From: an uncultured Candidatus Saccharibacteria bacterium
Lineage (GTDB): Bacteria > Patescibacteriota > Saccharimonadia > UBA4664 > CAYXHD01
Length of the DNA stretch: 64,000 bases
Direction of reading: 5' to 3'
Assembly: GCA_964585425.1 (NCBI GenBank)
Contig: CAZPDI010000001.1
Location: forward strand, 4,804 to 68,803
Part shown: in pieces, positions 54,689-62,445 of the stretch
Layout: every line of letters starts with the position of its first letter
Numbering within the stretch: the first letter of the stretch is position 1
Made by a program: the position numbers and the translations under genes
The notes under the pieces: model-generated
Told to the model about the DNA's origin: nothing
Seen by the model: the letters and a program-made list of their open reading frames with translations, nothing else
The model's database searches: none

Positions 54689-55771
54689 CTACCCTGTCCA
54701 GCGCTGACGCTGCAGATCCTCTACCTGCCAACGCAACGTTTGTCCCGCCCGGAATGGCACCACCCCGCCGATCTCTTCAGGCACAGCCCAGGGGATCCTC
54801 GACAACAACACATAATTGTCGTCTTGTGGGGGCTCGACGCCGTAGAACTTGCAACCAGCAATGGAGACAAACTGCTCCAGCCTCTCCGGCCAGTCCTCCA
54901 GACCACTGTCCTCGAACAGTTCCGCCAGCACCGGCAGAGCAACTGGTCCGGAATACACGCCGTTGTTAGGCTTTGCCTTCAGCTTGTCCTCGATTCGATG
55001 AGGCGCCGAGTCGCTACCGAAGAAGATCTTGGGCGGATCACCCGGCTTGACACTGAGCATCGCAGCCAAGATGGCTTGACGATCTTCCTCGGTCTTGGCT
55101 CGCGGCAAACAGGCATGATGCGGCTGATCGATGACACCATCGTGCTCAACGTCATTAATGGTCAAGCATGGATGATGAGCCGTGATGGTGGCAGCGACGT
55201 TGGCCGGCAGCTCCATGATGAGGTTGATGGCATCGGCAGAAGAGACGTGCTCGAAGACGATTCGCAGACCCGGGAATGCCTCATGCACCTCCATGAACAG
55301 CTCGAGGAACATCTGCTCAGCATGAGCGAGATCGTCGGTTGAGACTTCGCCGTGCACGTTAAGCACGACATCAAGCTCCTGCATCACTTCAAATACTGGC
55401 CACCCGTCGTGGATATCCCGCAAACCAAAACCCGAATGAGTCGTGGTGTTGTACGGATAATACTTGACCGAACAGAATCCGTTGCGACGTTCGTACATCA
55501 GACGGATGATCGCTTCATCAGTGTCTGGCGTGAGGTACAAGGTCGGCCACAAGTTCACCATGTTCAGGCCTTTCAGCCCTGCCTGCACCTCTTGCAGATA
55601 GTGGAACGCATGCATAGCGTCACTTACTGGCACCGGGTTGAGGTTTGGCATGAGCAAGGCGTAATGGAGATGACCAATGCTGGGACGAACAACATCTTTC
55701 AGCAGACGTCCTTGACGAACATGAACGTGCCAATCGCTCGGACGACGCATCTTGAGTGCCAAGTAGGGCAT
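54689..55771 (-). CDS. pyrC: Dihydroorotase, short homodimeric (E. coli-like class II) type, GC-rich
   Basis: 360 aa. Motifs line up with E. coli PyrC as I remember it: KMRRPSDWHVHVRQG, MPNL, VKYYPYNTTT (carboxylated Lys position), HGEV, VFEHVSS, ATITAHH, FFGSDSAPH, FYG, VPFRAGQTLRW. Confidence 0.85.
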   Translation of the reverse strand: MPYLALKMRRPSDWHVHVRQGRLLKDVVRPSIGHLHYALLMPNLNPVPVSDAMHAFHYLQEVQAGLKGLNMVNLWPTLYLTPDTDEAIIRLMYERRNGFCSVKYYPYNTTTHSGFGLRDIHDGWPVFEVMQELDVVLNVHGEVSTDDLAHAEQMFLELFMEVHEAFPGLRIVFEHVSSADAINLIMELPANVAATITAHHPCLTINDVEHDGVIDQPHHACLPRAKTEEDRQAILAAMLSVKPGDPPKIFFGSDSAPHRIEDKLKAKPNNGVYSGPVALPVLAELFEDSGLEDWPERLEQFVSIAGCKFYGVEPPQDDNYVLLSRIPWAVPEEIGGVVPFRAGQTLRWQVEDLQRQRWTG

Positions 55772-55839
55772 GGTGAGTCCTTTCGGGACGTTGTGAGTGA
55801 ACGAACAAAGGTGTGCCTAAGCACACCTCCATAACCATT

Positions 55840-55867
55840 ACTATACACTATTATTCATAAATTGCGA
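55840..55867 (-). promoter_or_regulatory. Candidate pyrC promoter, near-duplicate of the 54612-54639 promoter
   Basis: On the minus strand: TCGCAA-tttatgaataatagtg-TATAGT. The shared string is GCTCGCAATTTATGAAnAATAGnTGTATA. A leader hairpin AGGTGTGC-ttag-GCACACCT follows. Confidence 0.45.
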
Positions 55868-55871
55868 GCGT

Positions 55872-55901
55872 CTGGGCCAGGGGAACTCTCCCCCGGCCCA
55901 G
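55872..55901 (-). terminator. GC hairpin after the pyrE-like gene
   Basis: CTGGGCCAGGGGA-actc-TCCCCCGGCCCAG forms a 13-bp stem with one mismatch. No U tract. Confidence 0.45.
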
Positions 55902-55923
55902 CGCGAACCGTTGAATACGGGGC

Positions 55924-56583
55924 TCAGGCTGCGAGTAACTGGACCCAGCCACCCTCGTACTGCGGGTTGACCTCATCGCGGTAGTGGGCACCGTGACCCA
56001 GCGCACCATCGACAACAATGGGCTTGCCAGCTTCACAGAGCGGACAAGCTTCGGCGTCGTAGGACGCGAAGTCCACGTGCGTCAGCTGCTCCAACCGGGG
56101 AACTCCGATGGCGTCAGCCTCCACACCGCCTCGGTTGCAGACGGCACTGATGCCGATCACCTCACCACCACAGGCTTCGATGGCCGCGCAGGTGCCCTGA
56201 ACCGAACTGCCAGTGGTCAGCAGATCCTCGATCACGAGAACGCGTTTGTTCTGCAGGTGCTGCGGGAAGCTCAGGCGATCGACCACGAAGTTGTTGCCCT
56301 CCTTGTCGGCCCACAGGCCAGGCACACGAAGACCCTTCTTGTGCAGTAGCCAGTTCGAGGCAGTGCTGGTGAGCGCCACGCCACCGGTTGCCGGTGATGC
56401 GACAACATCGAAACCGCCGTCGAATGGTCTGAGGAGATCCGAGACGATCTGGCTGAGCATCACTGGATCAGCGAAGATCGGGTCCATGCAGATGTAGCCC
56501 TCACCGTGTCCACCCTTCTTGTACACGAAGTGGTTGTCGAGAAAGACGGCTCCGACCTTCTGGAGGTACTCGAGAATGTCCAT
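55924..56583 (-). CDS. pyrE: Type I phosphoribosyltransferase, probable orotate phosphoribosyltransferase, GC-rich
   Basis: The start was moved to Met14 (56583), behind the SD AGGAA. The PRPP-binding motif is RVLVIEDLLTTGSS. The position between pyrC and pyrF supports the call. A C-terminal CPLCEAGKP motif is present. Confidence 0.6.
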   Translation of the reverse strand: MDILEYLQKVGAVFLDNHFVYKKGGHGEGYICMDPIFADPVMLSQIVSDLLRPFDGGFDVVASPATGGVALTSTASNWLLHKKGLRVPGLWADKEGNNFVVDRLSFPQHLQNKRVLVIEDLLTTGSSVQGTCAAIEACGGEVIGISAVCNRGGVEADAIGVPRLEQLTHVDFASYDAEACPLCEAGKPIVVDGALGHGAHYRDEVNPQYEGGWVQLLAA

Positions 56584-56631
56584 GTGCGTTCCTAACGTGA
56601 GACGAATGCGCCAACTGGTCACATCCGAATT

Positions 56632-56660
56632 ATTATCCTATTCATAAAAGTTATTTACAA
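56632..56660 (-). promoter_or_regulatory. Candidate promoter of the pyrE-like gene
   Basis: On the minus strand: TTGTAA-ataacttttatgaatag-GATAAT, with a 17-nt spacer. It shares TTTATGAATAG with the two promoters downstream. Confidence 0.45.
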
Positions 56661-56675
56661 GCATAAGTGTGTCGC

Positions 56676-56736
56676 CGGACGGGTGGGCAAAAAGTTTACA
56701 GTCCGAAGACCTTCTTCCTCCTCGCCCACCCGTCCG
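56676..56736 (-). terminator. Long hairpin after pyrF
   Basis: A perfect 13-bp stem joins CGGACGGGTGGGC (56676-56688) and GCCCACCCGTCCG (56724-56736), with a 35-nt loop that contains an inner mini-hairpin. Confidence 0.45.
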
Positions 56737-56742
56737 AGCATG

Positions 56743-57675
56743 TCAGGCCGCCAGGCGAACTCGCTCGATGGTCTCGTGCATGTTGGAGGCCTCAGCTTCC
56801 GACGCCTCAGCCGGAGCCAGACCCTCGTACTGCTGGTTGTCGTGAGCATGGGTGATGCCGCTCGAGGAGTTGATGGCGATGCCAGCCTGCTGGCTGTTGT
56901 GTCCGTTCTGGTAGGCGGCTGCAGCGTCACCGCCCTGCTTGTTTCCTACCCCAGGGATCAGGATCGGAACCTGCTCGCCAACACAACGACGAACGTTGGC
57001 AAGGTCGTCGATGGACTCGGGACTTGCGCCGGCCACCACACCGACGTTGCCTCGCTTGTTCCAGCCCTCCAGGCTGGCGACGTTCTGTGCGACTCGCTCG
57101 TACAGGAAGCCCTCCATAGTCACGCCCATGAGGGTTGACGAGCAGGTATCAAGCTTCTGGAACTCCTCGGCGCCAGGGTTGGATGTACGAGTCAGTACGA
57201 AGACCCCCTTGTCGCCACGGTCCAGCCACGGGGCCATGGCCTGTGCACCCATGTAGTTGTGGACGGTGACTGCATCAGCTCCGCAGACGTCGTAGGCGAA
57301 CGAGGCGTAGGTGTCATTGGTCGCTCCGATGTCGCCGGCCTTGAGGTCAAGGATCTTGACGACATCTGGCGCGTGGGTACGCATGTGCTTGAAGAGCAAC
57401 TCCAATGCCTGGATGCCTTCATGGCCATGCTTGAGGTAGAACCCCAAGTTGGGTTTCATCCAGCCGACTTTGCCGGCCAGGGCCTCGACGATCGGGAACA
57501 AGAAGGTGGTGAGCGTACCGCAGATGCTGGCCCGCTGGAAGCCCTCCGGGATGCGTGTGATCACCGGATCATCCTCGCGATAGGTGCTCTTGAGCGTTGG
57601 GTCGAGACCGGCGCAGACTGCACGGTGCTGCCCGGCGTTCAAGGCCACGAGCTCCGAAAAGCTGAGGTCGGACAT
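56743..57675 (-). CDS. pyrF: Orotidine 5'-phosphate decarboxylase, subfamily 2 (long form), GC-rich
   Basis: The start was moved to Met7 (57675), behind the SD GGAGAGGAG. Motifs are MKPNLGFY, the LDLKAGDIGATN signature (DxKxxDIxxT) and PGVGNKQGGD. Confidence 0.8.
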   Translation of the reverse strand: MSDLSFSELVALNAGQHRAVCAGLDPTLKSTYREDDPVITRIPEGFQRASICGTLTTFLFPIVEALAGKVGWMKPNLGFYLKHGHEGIQALELLFKHMRTHAPDVVKILDLKAGDIGATNDTYASFAYDVCGADAVTVHNYMGAQAMAPWLDRGDKGVFVLTRTSNPGAEEFQKLDTCSSTLMGVTMEGFLYERVAQNVASLEGWNKRGNVGVVAGASPESIDDLANVRRCVGEQVPILIPGVGNKQGGDAAAAYQNGHNSQQAGIAINSSSGITHAHDNQQYEGLAPAEASEAEASNMHETIERVRLAA

Positions 57676-57778
57676 GTCAGACTCCTCTCCCATCTGACGA
57701 TGAGATAGATTCGTGCGACCGAATTAGCCACATCCATATTAGTATGGTTTCTGGGACGCTTAAGAGCAAGCGTAAGAG

Positions 57779-58597
57779 TTATTTACTGCGCAACCGTGCG
57801 ATGACAAAGCGAGCGAGGAAGTAAATGAGGAAGCTAAGGAATGTTACAAAAACACTTGGCTTAATAGTTCCGCTGGCTAAGCTCAGGAGTACACCCCCAG
57901 CTCCGGCAACGAAGGCAAAGCCAACGGAAAGACTAGCGACCATGGCGGGTCTGGCCGATAAACGCATAGCGGCAGCGGCTGGTGTAATGGCTAAACTTAA
58001 GACGAGTAGGGTGCCGACGATTTGGGCCGCGGCAGTTACGGTCAGCGCCAAGAGGATCAAGAACGCTATACCAAGCGCACGAACTGGCACGCCACGAGCA
58101 GCGGCGACCTGCGGGTCAATCGAAGCAAACTGTAATGGTCGATACATAATAATGAGGCCCACGATGACGAGCACACAAATTCCTATTAAGAATCCGAGTT
58201 GCGTGGCACTTACGCCATATACATTACCAAAGAGGATGTTGGTCGCCGCGGTGGCGAAGCCACGATAATAACTCAGGAACAACACGCCAAGCCCAAGCCC
58301 AAAGGCCAAGATGACGCCAATGGATGAATCACGTTCTTTTTCACGCACGCCAAGTAAACCGATTGATACGGCGACGATAAGTGCGCCAATAATTGAGCCA
58401 AGCGGCGCATTATTGAGGAACAATAGTCCGGCGGCCGCACCAGTAAAGGCCAGTTCGCTAATGCCATGCACCGCAAACGCCATGCTGCGACGAATCACAA
58501 AAGGGCCCACCAGACCACAAATCATGGCAATGATGGTTGCCGCCAATAAAGCGTGTTGCGCAAAGGGCTGACCTAAATAGAATAGGAAGTTATTCAT
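57779..58597 (-). CDS. znuB: Metal (Zn/Mn) ABC transporter permease, ABC-3 family
   Basis: The start was moved to Met32 (58597), which overlaps the znuC stop. The protein has about eight TM segments in ZnuB/TroD-like context. Confidence 0.8.
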   Translation of the reverse strand: MNNFLFYLGQPFAQHALLAATIIAMICGLVGPFVIRRSMAFAVHGISELAFTGAAAGLLFLNNAPLGSIIGALIVAVSIGLLGVREKERDSSIGVILAFGLGLGVLFLSYYRGFATAATNILFGNVYGVSATQLGFLIGICVLVIVGLIIMYRPLQFASIDPQVAAARGVPVRALGIAFLILLALTVTAAAQIVGTLLVLSLAITPAAAAMRLSARPAMVASLSVGFAFVAGAGGVLLSLASGTIKPSVFVTFLSFLIYFLARFVIARLRSK

Positions 58598-59330
58598 GAT
58601 GCCCTCCCAGTGCCTCGGCGTGTAAACTATCTTCGGCGCCAAGCACCACCATGCGACCGTGGATATTGAGCACTTCGACGGGTGAGCCATACAGCTTACT
58701 CAGGGTCTTAGTTGTCAGGATTTCCTCAGGCGTGCCTAGCAACCACTTCTGCCCCACTAAATATAAAACCTTATCAACCATTGGCAGAATCGGATTAATG
58801 TCGTGCGTCACAAATACCACCGCCGTATTATGTTTGGTACGACGTTCATTAATGAGATTGCTGACGATTTGCTGTTGCGTTAAATCGAGCGAAAGCAGCG
58901 GCTCGTCACATAGCAAAATACTTGGATCTTCAACTAAGGCCTGGGCCACACGCAATCGCTGTTGCTGACCACCACTCAGGGTGCCGAGCGGTTTGTGCGC
59001 AAACTCTTCGGCACCGACGGCTTTAATTGCCTTATCGACGGCCGTCTTCTTGCCTAAGCCTACACCATACTTATGGCCATCTAAACCAAATCGCACTAAG
59101 TCGTAGCCGCGAATGGCGGTGTCATCATCAAAGCCACGGTGCTGCGGAATGTAGCCAATACACTGATCGGCGTGATTTTCTAACAGGCGTTTTAACAAGC
59201 TCGTCTTGCCCGACCCGTTTGGCCCCAGCACCACCAAAAACTCACCGGGCTCTATATTAAGATTAAGATTTTGCCAAAGCTTATGCTCGCCAAATTGCAA
59301 GCTAACGTTCTTTAAGGAAATGAGACTCAT
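58590..59330 (-). CDS. znuC: Metal ABC transporter ATP-binding protein
   Basis: 246 aa with Walker A GPNGSGKTS, signature LSGGQQQR and Walker B ILLCDEP. Confidence 0.85.
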   Translation of the reverse strand: MSLISLKNVSLQFGEHKLWQNLNLNIEPGEFLVVLGPNGSGKTSLLKRLLENHADQCIGYIPQHRGFDDDTAIRGYDLVRFGLDGHKYGVGLGKKTAVDKAIKAVGAEEFAHKPLGTLSGGQQQRLRVAQALVEDPSILLCDEPLLSLDLTQQQIVSNLINERRTKHNTAVVFVTHDINPILPMVDKVLYLVGQKWLLGTPEEILTTKTLSKLYGSPVEVLNIHGRMVVLGAEDSLHAEALGGHHE

Positions 59331-60226
59331 AATGCCCCTAGTATGGCACTAAGTTGTTGCATTTGCCAGGTCTGAAAGTTCTTAACCTTGGGAATCGTTT
59401 CGCTGACCCCTACTACCGCTACGCCGGCTTGCTGGGCAGTCTTTTGCAACTGCTCCGTGACATCATTTACCGCCTGATTGTTATAGAGGAGTACTTTTAC
59501 CTGCCCCGACTTTAATACTGCTTCGAATGCTTGTATTTGCTGTGGGGTTGGCTCACTGCCGTTTTCGACCGATTGCGAAAAGCCAGTCGGAGTTTTGTCG
59601 GTCAAACCAAGATCCTCGATCAAATAGCCGGCCACTCGTTCGGTATAGGCCACGCCGCCATTCACCTGAGTAATTTTGCTGGTTAATTTTTGCATATCGG
59701 CAATAAAGTTTTGAGTGTTTGCCTTATAGCTGATCTCGTGCTCTGGGTCAATTGCAATCAGGTCATTCTGGATGGCTAAGGCCACCTCCTGGATGCGCGG
59801 CAGATCATACCAGAGATGCGGGTTATCATCCTGGTTGGATTTAAGAACTTCGCTGACATTGAGTATTGTTTTATCATTTTGTGGAGCCGCCTCTAAGAGC
59901 TTGTCCATAAACTCGTCGTAGCCCAGACCATTAACTATGATGAGCTGGGCAGATCCTAGCTGCGAGGCAGTTTTAGCGTCGGACTCAAATAAGTGCGGAT
60001 CAGCTTCGGGGTCGCTTAATATAGAAGTAACTTCGACATGCTCGCCACCTACCTGGGCCGCAATATCACCCCAAACGTTGGTGCTCGCAACGATTTGAAC
60101 TTTATTACTATCGTGCGCAACTTGATTCTTTGACTGCAAATATACCACCCCCCATATAAAGAATAGGGCCGATATAAGCATGGCGGCGCCGAGAGCAAAT
60201 GTTCGTTTTTTCGATATATGTGACAT
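59327..60226 (-). CDS. znuA: Metal ABC transporter substrate-binding protein (ZnuA/TroA family)
   Basis: The start was moved to ATG 60226; the track GTG at 60244 lies inside the operator module. The protein has a TM/signal N-terminus and the motifs DPHLFE and NPHLWYD. Confidence 0.8.
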   Translation of the reverse strand: MSHISKKRTFALGAAMLISALFFIWGVVYLQSKNQVAHDSNKVQIVASTNVWGDIAAQVGGEHVEVTSILSDPEADPHLFESDAKTASQLGSAQLIIVNGLGYDEFMDKLLEAAPQNDKTILNVSEVLKSNQDDNPHLWYDLPRIQEVALAIQNDLIAIDPEHEISYKANTQNFIADMQKLTSKITQVNGGVAYTERVAGYLIEDLGLTDKTPTGFSQSVENGSEPTPQQIQAFEAVLKSGQVKVLLYNNQAVNDVTEQLQKTAQQAGVAVVGVSETIPKVKNFQTWQMQQLSAILGAL

Positions 60227-60240
60227 GTCTTTAAAATAAA

Positions 60241-60304
60241 ACACCTTTTTGCTTATTGCAAATTTGTCGCATTAGTGATATCTTATTGCAACAAAGTCGC
60301 ATTA
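60241..60304. promoter_or_regulatory. Dual-box operator-like module in the divergent znuA / zur promoter region (candidate Zur boxes)
   Basis: Box 1 is TTATTGCAAatTTGTCGCATTA (60253-60274) and box 2 is TTATTGCAAcaAAGTCGCATTA (60283-60304). Each is an imperfect palindrome, TATTGCAA..TCGCATTA. The boxes overlap TTGCAA -35-like hexamers on both strands. Confidence 0.55.
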
Positions 60305-60321
60305 ACGAAAGATTAATAAAA

Positions 60322-60765
60322 ATGAAGTCGGACCTACACGTCTACCTCTTAAATCATAAAAAACGCTTAACTCCCTCTAAGGAGCTCGTTTTTGAGCTAC
60401 TCAATAATCACCAGGCAATTACAATCAATGAGCTCTATTCCAAAGTTTCGAAGCAGATGGACAGGGCGACCATGTACCGTATCCTGCAACAATTTTATGA
60501 GCTTAAAGTTATTAAGGACGTAGTTATAAATGGCGTACGCAAGATTGAGTTAGCCGACTACTTTAACAGCCATCACCATCATTTAATTTGCGGCAGATGT
60601 GGCAACGTAGTAAACATTAACGACATGAAACTTGAGCAATACCTTAAGCGGCTTGCTCTCGTTAATAAATTTGTGCATGTATCACATAGTTTTGAAATTG
60701 TCGGTCTATGCCCCACTTGCCGACCACAACCTACCGCTGACTTGCCTTGGGCGGGCGTAGAATAA
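60322..60765 (+). CDS. zur: Fur-family metalloregulator, probably Zur
   Basis: The start was moved to ATG 60322. The protein has a winged helix (RATMYRILQQF), HHHH and two CxxC pairs (CGRC, CPTC). It is divergent from znuABC. Confidence 0.75.
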   Translation: MKSDLHVYLLNHKKRLTPSKELVFELLNNHQAITINELYSKVSKQMDRATMYRILQQFYELKVIKDVVINGVRKIELADYFNSHHHHLICGRCGNVVNINDMKLEQYLKRLALVNKFVHVSHSFEIVGLCPTCRPQPTADLPWAGVE

Positions 60766-61513
60766 GTATACTAGTACGCTTCTTGTATTCTTTATAAGCA
60801 GGGTTACTTCCCCACTTTTTATCGGCGGATTTCTCTAATATGGGTATCCCCGAAGCAAAGATAAGTGTGCCGGCAATGGCCAGGGGGCTGATTAAACCTA
60901 TGAGTCTTTCAAGATTTGTAAGCGATACGAAGAGCGTGATGTACATACCAACCCATACCGTGATTTCACCAAAATAGTTTGGATGACGTGACCAGCTCCA
61001 CAAGCCCTCTTGGATCCATTTGCCTTTATTCTTTGCGTTCTGGGTAAACCGAAACTTTTGTATGTCGGCTACCGCTTCTACAACAAAGCCAAAGGCCCAG
61101 ATTAAGAATCCGAGGACTGCCACGTAACCCAAGGTGACATTGGTTTTTTGGAGCGCAAACAATAATGGCAGCAAGACCACCCAGGCAACGATGGCCTGGA
61201 GCACCCAAAAGCGGCCGAGTAACCAAAAGCTATTGCGCCAGGCATCAAAGCGCTGATCACGGCCAGTTTTTTGGATGCGATACAGCAAGAAGCCACCCAG
61301 TCGGAATGCCCAAACAGCCACCATACCGGTCACCAATAAACGCTGCAAGGTTGCATCACCGCTCAAGTAACCAAACATAGCTAAGACAAAAAAGCTCAGA
61401 GCGTAAGCCGCGTCGGTCAATTTATCGGTCTTAAATGTATAGGCGATTAAAAATAAAACAATGTTGATTCCGAGCGAATAAAGCAGGGCATTGAGTAAAT
61501 AGTATGATGTCAT
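60731..61513 (-). CDS. DUF1295 / steroid-5-alpha-reductase-like membrane protein
   Basis: 260 aa, polytopic, with the WSWSRHPNYFGE motif typical of the DUF1295/ICMT-like superfamily. Confidence 0.6.
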   Translation of the reverse strand: MTSYYLLNALLYSLGINIVLFLIAYTFKTDKLTDAAYALSFFVLAMFGYLSGDATLQRLLVTGMVAVWAFRLGGFLLYRIQKTGRDQRFDAWRNSFWLLGRFWVLQAIVAWVVLLPLLFALQKTNVTLGYVAVLGFLIWAFGFVVEAVADIQKFRFTQNAKNKGKWIQEGLWSWSRHPNYFGEITVWVGMYITLFVSLTNLERLIGLISPLAIAGTLIFASGIPILEKSADKKWGSNPAYKEYKKRTSILILRPPKASQR

Positions 61514-61549
61514 AATTGCAGTTTACCATAAGTAGGTTACAATGAAGAT

Positions 61550-61948
61550 ATGGAATTTATAAAACTCTACGTACTAAGCTTTTTGTGCTTCTTGGGCCTC
61601 GACTCGTTATGGCTAACTAAGGTTTCGCCAAAACTCTATAAAGAACAAATTGGCCACCTGATGGCCGACAAGCCTAACCTAGGAGCGGCTGGACTTTTTT
61701 ATCTGATCTATATTACCGGGCTGGTTGTTTTTGTAGTGCAGCCAGCCGTACAAAAAGAATCAATTATGTATGCCGCCAGCCGCGGCGCATTGTTTGGGTT
61801 GGTCGCCTATGCCACCTTTGACCTTACAAGTTTAGCGGTTCTTAAAAACTGGCCGGTCAAGATAACGGTAATTGACCTCATTTGGGGATCGGTACTAACT
61901 GCCAGCGTCTGTGCCCTGGCCAGCTTCTTAGCCTTACGCGTTAAATAG
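61550..61948 (+). CDS. DUF2177-like small membrane protein
   Basis: 132 aa with four TM segments. The N-terminus MEFIKLYVLSFLCFLGLDSLWL resembles DUF2177 as I remember it. Confidence 0.45.
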   Translation: MEFIKLYVLSFLCFLGLDSLWLTKVSPKLYKEQIGHLMADKPNLGAAGLFYLIYITGLVVFVVQPAVQKESIMYAASRGALFGLVAYATFDLTSLAVLKNWPVKITVIDLIWGSVLTASVCALASFLALRVK

Positions 61949-61956
61949 GACCAACT

Positions 61957-62445
61957 ATGGAGATTGCCAAGAACCAATATATCCGCACCATCATCTTTGC
62001 GGTCGAAGACAGCTTGGTTTCGACCACCGGCCTGATTGCCGGTATTAGCGTCGGCGTCAACAACAAGGCCGTGGTCATCGTGAGCGGTATCGTGGCTATT
62101 GCCGTAGAGGCCATCAGTATGGGTGCCAGTCAGTATATTAGCGATGACGCCATCGAGCAAGCCATTAAAAAGCGTGGTGACAGCCAAGCGTTTAAGGATG
62201 GGCTTCTTATGCTGGCCTCGTACTTTGCAGCCGGCCTCATCCCGCTCCTGCCAGTGGTGTTCTTTACCTATCCAACATCCCTTTACTTTTCGGTGCTCTT
62301 CGCCCTGGTGGGCTTAATAATTCTGGGTTATGTAAAAAGCAGGGTGCTACGCACCAACCCCCTACGTGGTGCCGTAAAAGTCGTCGTAGTTGGTGGTTTA
62401 GCCACCATACTCGGCATCATCGTTGGGCTTATCTTTAAGATTTAA
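61957..62445 (+). CDS. VIT1/CCC1-family (iron/manganese) transporter-like protein
   Basis: 162 aa. IIFAVEDSLVSTTGLIAGIS and AVEAISMGASQYIS match the VIT-family pattern. Confidence 0.6.
   Translation: MEIAKNQYIRTIIFAVEDSLVSTTGLIAGISVGVNNKAVVIVSGIVAIAVEAISMGASQYISDDAIEQAIKKRGDSQAFKDGLLMLASYFAAGLIPLLPVVFFTYPTSLYFSVLFALVGLIILGYVKSRVLRTNPLRGAVKVVVVGGLATILGIIVGLIFKI

Noticed and set aside
9900-57800. Assembly chimerism or host contamination as the explanation for the GC-rich segments.
   Set aside because: Each segment is short (0.4-3 kb) and lies precisely in an intergenic gap with intact backbone genes on both sides. Each is preceded by AT-rich promoter sequence, and one such promoter duplicates a backbone promoter. 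Chimeric joins would not produce this repeated architecture. Read mapping is still needed to be certain.
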